Shown here: positions 8,483 to 20,763 of the stretch, piece after piece
How positions within the stretch are numbered: the first letter of the stretch is position 1
Layout: each line of letters begins with the position of its first letter
Source of the DNA: Candidatus Entotheonellaceae bacterium
Lineage (GTDB): Bacteria > Tectomicrobia > Entotheonellia > Entotheonellales > Entotheonellaceae
Assembly (NCBI GenBank): GCA_965238075.1
Contig: OZ250173.1
Coordinates: 1,152,001-1,216,000 of the forward strand
DNA length: 64,000 nt
Direction of reading: 5' to 3'
The notes under the pieces: model-generated
What the model saw: the letters and a program-made list of their open reading frames with translations, nothing else
Databases searched by the model: none
What the model was told of the DNA's origin: nothing
Program-made: the position numbers and the translations under genes

Positions 8483-9646
8483 GGGCTCGCCTTCTCCGTC
8501 TCCAGGTGATCGGGTAACTGGTAGCTGAAGTCTCCGATCATCGAGGCGTCGAGCAGAAAGACAAAGTTATTGCCCCGCCATTTCTCGGCCATTTGCGGCG
8601 CCAATCGGTTGAAGACGATGAGGAGCCGGCGTTTCCATCGCATCCACGTTAGCAGCCCTGCCGTTTGTTGCCGGGGGAACTGAAGCTGATCGGCGAGCTG
8701 GTGGCCAAGGAGGGCGCGGCAGACCCGGTACGTATGGGCCACCATGGCCTGTTGGGCGGCCGGCTCGGCAAGGCCGGCAACGTGAGGCAAGGCGGTGACC
8801 ATGGCATTGGCGATGGCGGTCGCCTCTTCTCCGGGCGGCGGCTCGCAGACCCCGGCGATCCGGTACAGTTCATTGGTCTCGGCCTCGTCGCCCTCGAACA
8901 GAAGCGCCTCGGGGGTACCGATCAGCCGCGACGCATAGCGCCAGATCTGCATGAAGCTGGCCCGCGCTTCGGCGTCCAGCCGCGCCCCGAGCCGTTGTGC
9001 CTGATGCAGCATCGTGGCGGAGAAGTTCGCCGCCGCAAGGCCCATGTGCGCGGCGCTGAGCGGCACGCCATAAACCGCCTCGTCCCAATTACCCGAGGTG
9101 CGAACCAACCGCCTGACCCGCGCGTGCACCAGCCGGATGCGCACGGACAGCTTCCAGCCATCGCCCTGACGCTCAAGAGCGCCCGGCAGCAGGATCTCGA
9201 TAAAATGCCGGGTGTTCTGCCGGATGCGTCGCAGGCCGTGCTCCGTCAGCACCCGCCCCGTCGTGTAGAACGCCTTGCTGATCAGCGAGGCCGCGTTTTG
9301 CACGGTAACCACGAAAAAAGCCGGGATGAACAGGTCGGAGTATTCGTGGAAGGCGCGGCAGCCGGGATAGACCGACTCCGGGTCGAACCACGCGGGTGTC
9401 GCTTCGACCTGCTCGAAGAAATTCCGTAACTCCTGCGGCCCGGCCGCGAGGGTCACGGCGTCTTGCTCCATGCCGGTGTGGATGAACCGATGGTCGTCTT
9501 TCTGGCGCAAGGCCGCCAACGCCTCAATGGCCGCATCGGCGGCCGGATCGTCAATGACCGTGTGCTCGACATAGCCTGGCAGCGAGTTGCGGATTGAGGG
9601 CTCGCGCCTTCTCGTATCCGATCTGATATGCGGAAGGTATATTCAT
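8476..9646 (-). pseudogene. DUF2236/MpaB-like oxygenase family protein with +1 frameshift near 9574
   Basis: RBS gggagg plus ATG at 9646 gives MNIPSAYQIGYEKARALNPQLAAR, then the frame changes to YVEHTVIDDPAADA...; VRIRLVHARVR, WDEAVYGVPLS, WRYASRLIG. Confidence 0.75.
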
Positions 9647-9721
9647 TGTCGATACCTCCCCATTTGGCCCGCTCACCTGTTTGAACCGATAGGGGATTTT
9701 AGTCCAGGGATCCGACTTGCC

Positions 9722-10721
9722 TCAAGGCTCTTGGCTCTCTCCGGCCAGCCACGACTCGCTCAAGCCGTTGAACATGCCCCAAAAGGACCCGCGGCTGCCG
9801 TCGGCTTCCTCAAACCCGGCAGCACTGAAGCCTGCCACCAGACGGGGATTGCCCGCCGGGTCGGGGACGTTGGAAAACTGTCCGCCCCAGAAACCCTCCG
9901 ATTGCGTGATAGCGCGCTCGGGATGCATAACCGTCACCTCCGTGTGTTCGAACGTGCCGTCGTCCGGGTTGAAGGACACGGCGCCGAGATGCATCTCGTA
10001 GTCAGTAGGCAGGGCCTCGAGCTGCTGCACCTCCTCGCCCAGAAGGTCATGCAGATGGGAACGCCGGATGGCGATGTCTCCCTGGCAGCCGATGCAGCCG
10101 CGCAGGGTGTTGTCGGAAAAGTCCGCCGTCAGTGTGACAATCGCTTCATACTCCTCGACCCCGCGAGTTCCCGCCAGTTCCCCCCAATTGTCGCCGTATT
10201 GATACCGATAGATACCCCCGGCGGGGCCGCCATAGGTGGCCTGTCCCTGTACCGGCATCTGGGGTGGATTCGATACGTCGATCTCCGGGCCGTCGATGAA
10301 CCCGGCGGCCTCGACCGCCGAGAGGTCAGGGGGATGCCCGGGGAAATGGAGCCAATACCCGGCGGCCAGGTAATCGGTCGGGTCGTCATTGGTCCAACTG
10401 ATCGCAGCATAGGCATACGTGGTGCTGTCCTGAGCGGTGTTGACGAATGTCCATGACCAGCCCGAGTGATCGGGCATGGCCGGACGAAACGGCTTGCCGT
10501 TGTCTACGGCAATTCCTGGCCGTCGTGAGTGTGGTCGTGCTCTCGTCTTCGTGTACCACCTTGACGCTCAGAACTTGTCCGTCGAACGTCGTGTTGCGTA
10601 TGAACCGTATCTCGCCTTCGTCCTGAGCGTCGTCAGACAGAGGGAGTCTACCGCCGCCGCCTGTGCAGGCAACTGTTGCCAGGGCCAGGAGGATGCTGAA
10701 AAGGAACGCAGTTAGTTTCAT
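9722..10721 (-). pseudogene. Lipoprotein with TbpB-like beta-barrel region, +1 frameshift near 10511
   Basis: Lipobox ATVAC; ORF 10386..10721 joins 9722..10477 if one T is removed (…ARN[t]AVDNGKPFRPAMP); MPVQGQATYGG and LTADFS motifs. Confidence 0.6.
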
Positions 10722-10785
10722 GGCACGTGTTCTCCGAAGCTCTGGTATCGGACGCGGGACGTGCGAGGGAGCCTCGAACGGGCAT

Positions 10786-11226
10786 TTACTCGTCTACGGG
10801 TTGTTGACGCCGCCGTTCCTGTTTGAGGATGCCGACACGGCGTTTTCCCTGCAGGCGGCGTTCGGCGGCGGCTCGGCCGGGGCGCGTGGGGCGGCGGGGT
10901 TTGGGAACGTGCAGCGCCTGTCGCAACAGGTGCTGAAACCGCTCGGTGACCTCGGCGCGGTTGCGAAACTGGCTGCGAGTGGCCTGGCAAGTCAGGTGCA
11001 GGACGCCGCGGCTGTCGATGGCCGATTTCAGCTTGCCGAGGACGCGAACGCGCTGCGATTCGTCTAGGCTGGCCGACTGCTGCACGTCGAACGTCAACTC
11101 CACCTGCGTCGCCGTGCGGTTGACGTGCTGACCGCCCGGGCCGCCGCTGCGGCTGAAGTGAAATTGCAACTCCGCCATCGGGATCGTCACCGTGTCGGTG
11201 ATATGCAGGTCAGGTTGATCGGCCAT
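10786..11226 (-). CDS. arfB: Alternative ribosome rescue peptidyl-tRNA hydrolase
   Basis: RSGGPGGQHVN, RSQFRNR, basic C-terminal tail. Confidence 0.93.
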   Translation of the reverse strand: MADQPDLHITDTVTIPMAELQFHFSRSGGPGGQHVNRTATQVELTFDVQQSASLDESQRVRVLGKLKSAIDSRGVLHLTCQATRSQFRNRAEVTERFQHLLRQALHVPKPRRPTRPGRAAAERRLQGKRRVGILKQERRRQQPVDE

Positions 11227-11250
11227 GATCTTCACATGCGGCGCAGAGCC

Positions 11251-12450
11251 TCAGGGCGCCGGCACCTTGCTCAGGGCCGCGTCGAGAATGCCGATGGCCT
11301 CATCGATTTCCGCCCGGCTGGTGGTCAGCGGCGGCATGAACCGCAGGGTGTTGGGTCGCACCGCGTTGAGCAGCAGACCGTTGGCGACGGTTTCGGCGAT
11401 CACCGCCCCGGCGCGATTATCAGCCAACTCAAGCGCCAGCAGCATGCCCATGCCGCGCACGTCGGTGACCACGTCGTGCTTCGCCTGCAACTCCTCCAGT
11501 CTGGCTTTGAGATACGCGCCGGCCTCCGCGCCCTTGGCCGACCAGTTCTCGTCAACGACGACCTTGGCGCCAGCCGCACCGGCCGCCGTGGTCAGGGCAT
11601 TGCCGCCGAAGGTGGAGCCGTGGTCGCCGGGCTCCAACACGGCAACTTCCTGCTTGCACAGGAAGGCGCCCAGGGGTGCACCGGCGCCGAGTCCCTTGGC
11701 CATGGTCAGGGCGTCCGGCTCGAAGCCGAACTGCTCATATCCGAACAGGGTGCCGAGCCGCCCCATACCGGTCTGCACCTCGTCCGAGATGAGCAGCAGG
11801 CGCTTCTCATCGCACCAGGCGCGGACCTGCGTGAAATAGTCGGAGTCCGGAACGTTCACGCCGCCCTCACCCTGCACGGGCTCCAGCAGCACCGCACACG
11901 TCTGATCCGTGGTGGCTTCCTTGATCGCGTCCACGTCGTTGTACGGGACATTGACAAACCCCGGCATCAGCGGCCGCCAGTTGTCCTGGTAGTGGGCCTG
12001 TCCGGTCGCCGCCATCATGGCCATGGTGCGCCCGTGAAACGAGTTGTTCGCCGTGATAATCTCATGCGCGCCGTTCAGATGCAGCTTGCCGTACTTGCGG
12101 GCGAGCTTGCATACCCCCTCGTTGGCCTCCGCCCCGGAGTTGCAGAAAAACACCCTGTCCATGCAGGAATTGTCGACCAGAATCTTCGCCAGCTTGAGCT
12201 GCGGGATGGTGTAGAACAGGTTGCTCATCTGCAAGATCATACCGGCCTGTTCCTGGATGGCTGCTGTAACCTCGGGGTGTGAATGCCCGACATTGAGCAC
12301 CGCCCAGCCGGCGGTGAAATCCAGGTAGCCCTTGCCCTCCGTGTCGTACACATACGTGCCTTGCGCGCGTTCGAGGACCATTGGCATGCGGCGTACCACC
12401 TGCATATAGTAGTCGGCCTCGACCTGCTTCCACTGCTCACCGGTTGTCAT
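11251..12450 (-). CDS. argD: Acetylornithine aminotransferase (class III PLP)
   Basis: NSGAEANE, SFHGRT, EPVQGEGG, DEVQTG, AKGLG, HGSTFGGN. Confidence 0.9.
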   Translation of the reverse strand: MTTGEQWKQVEADYYMQVVRRMPMVLERAQGTYVYDTEGKGYLDFTAGWAVLNVGHSHPEVTAAIQEQAGMILQMSNLFYTIPQLKLAKILVDNSCMDRVFFCNSGAEANEGVCKLARKYGKLHLNGAHEIITANNSFHGRTMAMMAATGQAHYQDNWRPLMPGFVNVPYNDVDAIKEATTDQTCAVLLEPVQGEGGVNVPDSDYFTQVRAWCDEKRLLLISDEVQTGMGRLGTLFGYEQFGFEPDALTMAKGLGAGAPLGAFLCKQEVAVLEPGDHGSTFGGNALTTAAGAAGAKVVVDENWSAKGAEAGAYLKARLEELQAKHDVVTDVRGMGMLLALELADNRAGAVIAETVANGLLLNAVRPNTLRFMPPLTTSRAEIDEAIGILDAALSKVPAP

Positions 12451-12667
12451 GTGATCTCTCCTGTTGGCTTATCGCCGGGTAGGTGTGACGAGACACGGCC
12501 TCGCTGCGTCTGACCGACACCGTGCCTGGACTGCAATGCTGCGCAGGACGCGCCGTGAGGCTCTCCGAACGGGGGGGAATCATGCGCACGACGATTTGCA
12601 GGTGTAGGCGCATAGGGTACATGCGGGTGTGCACCGTTGCAAGGCGGTCGCGGGGCGAGCGGAGGCG

Positions 12668-13339
12668 TTACGATCCGGCATCGAGCGGTTGACCGTTCCA
12701 GCCTTCATGCCGGGCAAAATCCGACACCGGCTTGCGGCGCAGCCGGGTAAGCCGTCTGACCGGCTGACCCAATGGGACGACGGCGCTGACGGCAACGTGC
12801 GGCGGGATATTCAGCAACTCCTGCACCTTGGCTTCTTGGGCGACGGCCAACGTCGTAATCGTGCCGCCGTATCCCTCGTGCCGGGCCGCCAACAGGATGT
12901 TCCAGACGAAGGGATAGATCGACGCCCCGCTGATCACCCCCACCCGGTCGAGATACTGGTCCGTGGACGCCACCACCCGGAGGTCCACGCACACCACCAG
13001 CACCACGGGCGCCTGTATGAACGACTCCCGCAGCCGCGCCGGAGCGGAGGTGCCCTCGATGGTTGCCGCATCGACGCTCGTGGGCGACACCGAATTCCAC
13101 GGACTCTCGCCGGCAAGCTGCTGGGCGGCGTACCGCTTGGCCGCCGGTTCGCCCAATGCCGCCAGCGCTTCACGGGTTTGCTGCTGGCGCACGATCAGCA
13201 CGTGCCATCCCTGGCGGTTGCCGCCGCTGGAAGCAAAACGGGCGTTGTCGAGAATCGTGTAAAGCGTCTCGTCCGACACCGGCGCGTCGGTAAATTCCCG
13301 AGCGGAAAACGTCGTGCGCATCACCTCATACAATTCCAT
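12668..13339 (-). CDS. Nitroreductase family protein
   Basis: ARFASSGGNRQGW; NILLAARHEGYG. Confidence 0.88.
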   Translation of the reverse strand: MELYEVMRTTFSAREFTDAPVSDETLYTILDNARFASSGGNRQGWHVLIVRQQQTREALAALGEPAAKRYAAQQLAGESPWNSVSPTSVDAATIEGTSAPARLRESFIQAPVVLVVCVDLRVVASTDQYLDRVGVISGASIYPFVWNILLAARHEGYGGTITTLAVAQEAKVQELLNIPPHVAVSAVVPLGQPVRRLTRLRRKPVSDFARHEGWNGQPLDAGS

Positions 13340-13379
13340 GCCATCTCCTTCCCAGCCGCTGCCGACCGTGTTGAGGGTC

Positions 13380-15074
<1,695 letters not shown>

Positions 15075-15487
15075 CCACTCTCCTTAGTCGGCGTGCACCG
15101 CCGCGCACGCCATCTGCTTCGGCCCCTGGATGGCGTCGCCCGCTGAGAACTCGTTTTCGGCCATGTCGAGAACGTGCGGCGCGGTGTGGATATACTCTTG
15201 TGTCAACGTGATCCGCTCTCCTGACGGCGTTATCTTTACCTCAGGCATACCTGAGAAGCCACGGAAGCGGGCCACACCATACCACAAAGACCGCCTCGGC
15301 GGGCCTGCCCGGTGCGGTGCATCGCAGGCCGTGCTGCGGTTGATATCGGCCCCCCTGCTTTGTATCATCGGCTTCGCTGCCGCCCCGACCGTGCTCCACT
15401 GCGGCGGCGTTCCGGCACGGCACGTGCCGTGCACGTAATTGCAGCGGCTCGGTTGCACATCCCCTGATCCCGATGAGGAAGACGATA

Positions 15488-15973
15488 ATGGCCGTGGAAC
15501 GATTTCCCGTTGAGGCGGGTCACATCATGCTGTTCGCCCGTGCGATTGGCGATACCAACCAGCTCTATCACGACGCGGACTACGCCCGCGGTACGGAGCC
15601 CGGTTCCGTCATCGCGCCACCGACGTTCGTGCAGGCCAGCGCACAGTTTAATCCCGACTACTACCTGCGGCCCAAGCCGGGCCAGCCCTGGTTCGGCTCC
15701 GGCAAAGAGCCCACCGGTGTGACGCGCAGCGAAGGCGGTGCGGGCGGCGGTCTGCACGCCGAGCAGCACTACATCTATCACCGCCATCCCAAGCCGGGCG
15801 ACATGCTCACCGCCACCGCGAAACCCGGCAAGACCTGGGAAAAACAAGGCCGCCGCTCGGGCAAGTTGATCTTTACCGAATCCATCACCGAATACCGCGA
15901 TCAACACGGCGAGCTGGTTGTCACCTCGCGCGGCGTCGGCGTCACCACCGAGCGACCCGTCGATCAGAGCTAG
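15488..15973 (+). CDS. MaoC/FAS1-like hot-dog dehydratase subunit
   Basis: FARAIGD, APPTF, LHAEQHY. Confidence 0.85.
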   Translation: MAVERFPVEAGHIMLFARAIGDTNQLYHDADYARGTEPGSVIAPPTFVQASAQFNPDYYLRPKPGQPWFGSGKEPTGVTRSEGGAGGGLHAEQHYIYHRHPKPGDMLTATAKPGKTWEKQGRRSGKLIFTESITEYRDQHGELVVTSRGVGVTTERPVDQS

Positions 15974-15983
15974 GAGAATCCCC

Positions 15984-16406
15984 ATGGCATTGTCAGCAAA
16001 AACGCTCAAGGTCGGCGACACACACCAGGAGATCGTCGTCGACAACCTGACCCGCACCCAACTGGTGCAATACGCCGGCGCCTCCGGCGATTACAACCCC
16101 ATCCACACCGATGAGGTGTACACCACGCAGGTCGCCGGCTACCCCTCCGTGTTTGCCCACGGCATGCTTTCCATGGGCATGACCGGCAAGATGCTGACCA
16201 ATTACGTCGGCGACGGCCGCCTCGCCACCTTCGGCGTCCGCTTCACCCGCCAGGTCTGGCCCGGCGACACCCTGACCGCCACCGCCACCGTGCAGGCCGT
16301 CCGCGAAGAGGACGGTACTCATTTCGTCGATCTCACCGTTTCCACCGTCAACCAGGATGGCACGGAAGTGGCCAGCGGTTACGCCTCCGCCCGCGTTGAT
16401 GCGTAA
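15984..16406 (+). CDS. MaoC family dehydratase
   Basis: YAGASGDYNPIH, AHGM, VWPGD. Confidence 0.9.
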   Translation: MALSAKTLKVGDTHQEIVVDNLTRTQLVQYAGASGDYNPIHTDEVYTTQVAGYPSVFAHGMLSMGMTGKMLTNYVGDGRLATFGVRFTRQVWPGDTLTATATVQAVREEDGTHFVDLTVSTVNQDGTEVASGYASARVDA

Positions 16407-16470
16407 ACACGGCATAGGCAAGGGGAGCCGTCTCATCCCGAACCTTGCCGAATAAGCGAACGCCGCGACG

Positions 16471-17361
16471 ATGCGCAACCAAGCGAAAGCGCATGCGTAC
16501 GGGCTGACCACCGTGCTGCTGTGGTCCACCGTGGCGACGGCGTTCAAGCTGTCTTTGCGGCACGTGGACCACTTCCAGCTTCTGCTGGTTGCGTGTGTCG
16601 TTTCGATTCTGGTGTTCAGCGTCATCCTCGTCGTACAGGGCCGGTGGCGTCTGGTGCTGTCGTACTCGGGCAGGCAATATGGGCAATCGCTGGCGCTGGG
16701 GGTGCTGAACCCGTTCCTGTATTACCTGGTTCTCTTCAAAGCCTACGATCTGTTGCCGGCGCAGGAGGCGCAGCCGCTGAATTATACCTGGGCGCTGACG
16801 CTGGCCGTTTTGTCCGTTCCGCTGCTGGGGCAACGCATCGGTGTCCGGGAACTACTGGCCGGGATGATCAGCTACAGCGGCGTGGTGGTCATTGCAACCC
16901 GCGGCGACGTGTTCGGCCTGCGCTTCTCGGACCCCGTCGGCGTTGCCTTGGCACTGGGGAGCACCGTCATCTGGGCGCTGTACTGGATTTACAACACCAA
17001 GGACGAACGCGACCCGGTGGCCGGGCTGTGGCTCAACTTCGCGTTCGGATTTCCATTTGTGCTCGCCGCCTGCTGGTTGTTTTCCGACCTGCACGTCGCC
17101 AGCCTGCCGGGCCTGCTGGGCGCCGCCTACGTGGGGCTGTTCGAGATGGGCATCGCCTTCGTGTGTTGGCTGATGGCGCTCAGGCTGGCGACCAACACCG
17201 CGCAAGTCGGCTACCTCATCTTTATCTCGCCATTTCTTTCCCTGCTGTTTATCAACCTGTTGGTCGGCGAGGTCATTCGCGGCGCCACGCTTGCGGGCTT
17301 AGGGCTGATCGTCGTTGGGCTCGTCCTGCAGCATGCGGCAAGGCGCCGGCGCTTGACGTAA
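16471..17361 (+). CDS. DMT/EamA family transporter
   Basis: About 10 hydrophobic segments; LWSTVATAFKL, AQPLNYTW. Confidence 0.88.
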   Translation: MRNQAKAHAYGLTTVLLWSTVATAFKLSLRHVDHFQLLLVACVVSILVFSVILVVQGRWRLVLSYSGRQYGQSLALGVLNPFLYYLVLFKAYDLLPAQEAQPLNYTWALTLAVLSVPLLGQRIGVRELLAGMISYSGVVVIATRGDVFGLRFSDPVGVALALGSTVIWALYWIYNTKDERDPVAGLWLNFAFGFPFVLAACWLFSDLHVASLPGLLGAAYVGLFEMGIAFVCWLMALRLATNTAQVGYLIFISPFLSLLFINLLVGEVIRGATLAGLGLIVVGLVLQHAARRRRLT

Positions 17362-17448
17362 GGCAAGCAGGTTGGTTAGAGTGCTTGGCTACCACTCAAT
17401 GAGGGCATCGCGCCGCTTCCAGTGCCTGACTTTAAGGAGCCTCATAAC

Positions 17449-18696
17449 ATGTCCCTGCCTTTGCAAACGCAACCGGCCCTCGACGTCGAGGCCCTGCGGG
17501 GCGATTTTCCGATTCTCAGCCGCACCATCCACGACCACCCGCTGGTCTATCTCGATAGCGCCTCATCGTCCCAGAAACCGAACGCTGTCATCGACGCCGT
17601 CAGTCGTTACTACCAGGAATCCCACGCCAACATCCACCGCGGCGTCTATGTCTTGAGCGAAGAGGCCACCATCGCCTACGAACAGGCGCACGTGCGCGTC
17701 GCCGACTTCATCAATGCCGACTTCGAAGAAATGATCTTCACCAAAAACACCACTGAGGCGCTCAACCTCGTGGCCTACGCTTGGGGGCTGTCCAACCTGC
17801 AAGCCGGCGACGAAGTGGTCCTTACGCCCCTGGAACATCACAGCAACCTGGTGCCCTGGCAACAGGTTGCCAAACGCACTGGCGCCGCCATTCGGTACAT
17901 TCGGCTGACCACCGATGGCCGTCTGGACATGGAGCACGCCGCCGAGATCATCGGGCCGCGCACCAAGCTGGTCTCCGTCGCCCAGGTATCGAACGTGCTA
18001 GGCACCGTCAACCCCGTCGCCGAGCTCGGCCGCATGGCGCACGCCCACGGCGCCCTGATCTGCGTCGACGGCGCCCAGAGTATCCCCCACATGGCCATCG
18101 ACGTGCGCGTCATGGACTGCGACTTCTTTGCCTTTTCAGGTCACAAGATGCTGGGCCCCACCGGCATCGGCGGCCTCTACGGCAGGCGCCGCATCCTGGA
18201 ACAAATGGAGCCCTTCCTGTTCGGCGGCGACATGATCAGCGAGGTCACCCTGGAGGACGCAAGCTGGAACGAATTGCCCTGGAAATTCGAGGCCGGCACG
18301 CCACCCATCGCACAAGGCATCGGCCTGGCGGCGGCGGTCGAGTATCTGCAAGGCGTCGGCATGGAGGCGGTGCGGGCACACGAGCATACCCTGGTTCGTT
18401 ACGCCCTGGAGCAGATGCGGGAGGTGCGCGACCTGGACATCTACGGCCCTGAGGCCGATGACCGCGGTGGCGTTATTTCCTTTAACCTCGACAGCCTGCA
18501 CCCGCATGACATCGCCTCGATTCTGGACCAGCACGGCGTCGCCATTCGCGGCGGCCACCACTGCGCCATGCCGCTCATGCGCACCCTCGGGCTCAACAGC
18601 ACCTGTCGGGCGAGCTTTTACGTCTACAACACTATCGAGGAGATCAACGTCCTCGTCGAAGCCATTGGCGCAGCCAGGAGGTTGTTAAGGCGATGA
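17449..18696 (+). CDS. sufS: Cysteine desulfurase / selenocysteine lyase family, SufS type
   Basis: YLDSASSSQKP, EHHSN, SGHKM, RGGHHCA. Confidence 0.93.
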   Translation: MSLPLQTQPALDVEALRGDFPILSRTIHDHPLVYLDSASSSQKPNAVIDAVSRYYQESHANIHRGVYVLSEEATIAYEQAHVRVADFINADFEEMIFTKNTTEALNLVAYAWGLSNLQAGDEVVLTPLEHHSNLVPWQQVAKRTGAAIRYIRLTTDGRLDMEHAAEIIGPRTKLVSVAQVSNVLGTVNPVAELGRMAHAHGALICVDGAQSIPHMAIDVRVMDCDFFAFSGHKMLGPTGIGGLYGRRRILEQMEPFLFGGDMISEVTLEDASWNELPWKFEAGTPPIAQGIGLAAAVEYLQGVGMEAVRAHEHTLVRYALEQMREVRDLDIYGPEADDRGGVISFNLDSLHPHDIASILDQHGVAIRGGHHCAMPLMRTLGLNSTCRASFYVYNTIEEINVLVEAIGAARRLLRR

Positions 18697-19085
18697 GTTT
18701 CAACATGTACCAGGAAAACATCCTGGATCATTACGAGAACCCCTACAACCGCGGCACGCTGCCGCAACCCACCCTGGAATTCCGCGACCTCAACCCGTTG
18801 TGCGGCGACGAGGTATGCGTTGAGGCCAGCCTCGACCCGCAAGGCCGCCTGGCCGAAGTGTGCTTCGAGGGCGAAGGCTGCGTCATCAGCCTGGCCGCCG
18901 CTTCCATGCTGATGGAGGCCGTGGAGGGCAAGACGCTGGCGGAAGTCAAGGAGATGGACCGGCAGGACATGCTGGATCTGGTCGGTATTTCGCTCACCAC
19001 CATGCGCATCAAGTGCGCCATGCTGCCGCTGCGCGCGCTCGGCAAAGCCATTCACCAATACGAGGCGCAGGCCGAAGGCAGCTGA
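18693..19085 (+). CDS. sufU: SufU/NifU-N type Fe-S assembly sulfur-transfer protein
   Basis: ILDHY, NPLCGD, GCVIS, RIKCA; ATGA overlap with sufS. Confidence 0.85.
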   Translation: MSFNMYQENILDHYENPYNRGTLPQPTLEFRDLNPLCGDEVCVEASLDPQGRLAEVCFEGEGCVISLAAASMLMEAVEGKTLAEVKEMDRQDMLDLVGISLTTMRIKCAMLPLRALGKAIHQYEAQAEGS

Positions 19086-19140
19086 ATCGATCCCCTCACC
19101 CCGCTTTGACGGCCTCACATCTGAGGCGTCCCACCGCCGG

Positions 19141-20733
19141 TTACGCGACCGCTTCCGCCTGGGTGCGGTCGAGCCGCCGCGCCATGAGCCACATCATCGG
19201 CAGCGCCGAGAGCAGAAAACACGCACACACAAAGAGAAAACTGTCCCGGAAGCCGGCCGCAATCGCCTCGACGTCGATTTGGCGCTGGATCGTGCGCAAC
19301 GCCATGCTGTTCGCCGCCGAGCCCTCGATACCCTCCTGCGTCAGGGTTTGTTCAAGCTGGCCCAGGGTTTCGTGGTGGTCCGACGCGCCGGCGTCGTACG
19401 TGTCGTACCCCAAAAGCTGATGCCGCACCCGGCGCTGCTCGAAAAACACACTGGTCACGGTCACGCCCAGCGAGGCGCCGATGTTGCGAACCACCCCCAG
19501 CAGACCCTGTCCCATGCGCACTTGACGCGTGCCGAGAATGCGGATATTGAGGGCAGTAATCGGCATGGAGATGCACAGCATGCAGATGCGGTAGAGCATG
19601 ATGTAAATGACCAGTACGCCTACCGTGGTCAGCGCCGTCACCGAGGAAAATACATAGAAGACACTGGTGATCACCACCAGTCCACCGATCACCAGAAGCG
19701 ACGGCGGTAACATGTCGGTGAGACGCCCGATGAGGACCCCTGTCATGGCCGACACGATGAGGGCCGGCACGATGGCCAGCCCGGCGTGCAGCGGCGTCAG
19801 GCCGATCACCTGCTGCAGAAAGATCGGCACCATGAACTGGGCGCCGAACAGCCCCAGGCTGTTGAAGAACGCCGTGGCACAGATGAGGCCGAACGCGGGC
19901 CGCGTGAACAGCCGCAGGTTGACCGCCGGAAAGGCCGCCAGCAACTCGCGCAGGACGAAACAGCCGCCGCCCAGCAGCGCGCCCAACCCCAGCAACACAA
20001 GCATCGACGTCTCCGCGTCCGCCCGGCGCCCCAGGCTGATGAGCAGCAGCAGGGGAACCAGAAAGCCGCCCAGGCTCAGCAGACCGGGGTAATCGACCGG
20101 CTCGCCCCGGTACTCCTCCCGGTGCTGCGGAAGCATCAGCCAGCCCAGTACCGCCGCCAGTACGCCGGTCGGGATGCCCAGCAGAAACAGCACCCGCCAC
20201 GACAGCCGTTCCATCAGGTAGCCGCCCGCCGTAAACGAGACGATCTGCCCCGCCGACCCGCCAATCGAGCGCAGCCCGAGCGCCGTCCCCCTTTGTCGCG
20301 CCGGAAACGTCTGCACCAGGATGACGGCGGTCAGCCCCTCCATCGGTCCGGTGGCGCAGCCCTGTATCAGCCGGCAGAGGATCAGGATCGGCAAATTCGG
20401 CGCCAAGCTGCAACCCAGGCTGGCGATGACGAACGTCACCAGCATGGCGACGAACAGGTTGCGGTTGCCCATCACGCTGCCAAGCCAACCGAGGATCGGC
20501 GTGACCAGGGTTCGGGTAATCAGGAAGCTGGTGATGACCCATTGGGCGGTGGCGAGGTCAGTGCCGAAGGCGGCCATGAGGCGGGGGATGGCGAGGTTGA
20601 CGCTGTTTCCGGCAAACGTTTGCGTGACGCCGGCCAGCAAAATGATGCCGGCCACCAACCACTTGTAGGAAGGCGCCCGCGTGTCGAGCCCCATGACCGT
20701 ATATTGCGGCGCGGGTTGGGCACTCTCAGCCAT
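19141..20733 (-). CDS. DHA2-type MFS transporter
   Basis: Many TM segments; VNLAIPRL, CRLIQG, SWRVLFL. Confidence 0.88.
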   Translation of the reverse strand: MAESAQPAPQYTVMGLDTRAPSYKWLVAGIILLAGVTQTFAGNSVNLAIPRLMAAFGTDLATAQWVITSFLITRTLVTPILGWLGSVMGNRNLFVAMLVTFVIASLGCSLAPNLPILILCRLIQGCATGPMEGLTAVILVQTFPARQRGTALGLRSIGGSAGQIVSFTAGGYLMERLSWRVLFLLGIPTGVLAAVLGWLMLPQHREEYRGEPVDYPGLLSLGGFLVPLLLLISLGRRADAETSMLVLLGLGALLGGGCFVLRELLAAFPAVNLRLFTRPAFGLICATAFFNSLGLFGAQFMVPIFLQQVIGLTPLHAGLAIVPALIVSAMTGVLIGRLTDMLPPSLLVIGGLVVITSVFYVFSSVTALTTVGVLVIYIMLYRICMLCISMPITALNIRILGTRQVRMGQGLLGVVRNIGASLGVTVTSVFFEQRRVRHQLLGYDTYDAGASDHHETLGQLEQTLTQEGIEGSAANSMALRTIQRQIDVEAIAAGFRDSFLFVCACFLLSALPMMWLMARRLDRTQAEAVA

Positions 20734-20763
20734 CGGGCTCCTTGGTTGCGGTCCGGGCGGCGG

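Noticed and set aside
15084-15458. Minus-strand ORF upstream of the acyl-CoA synthetase
   Set aside because: No recognisable motif or clear start; could be a small gene or remnant but is unsupported
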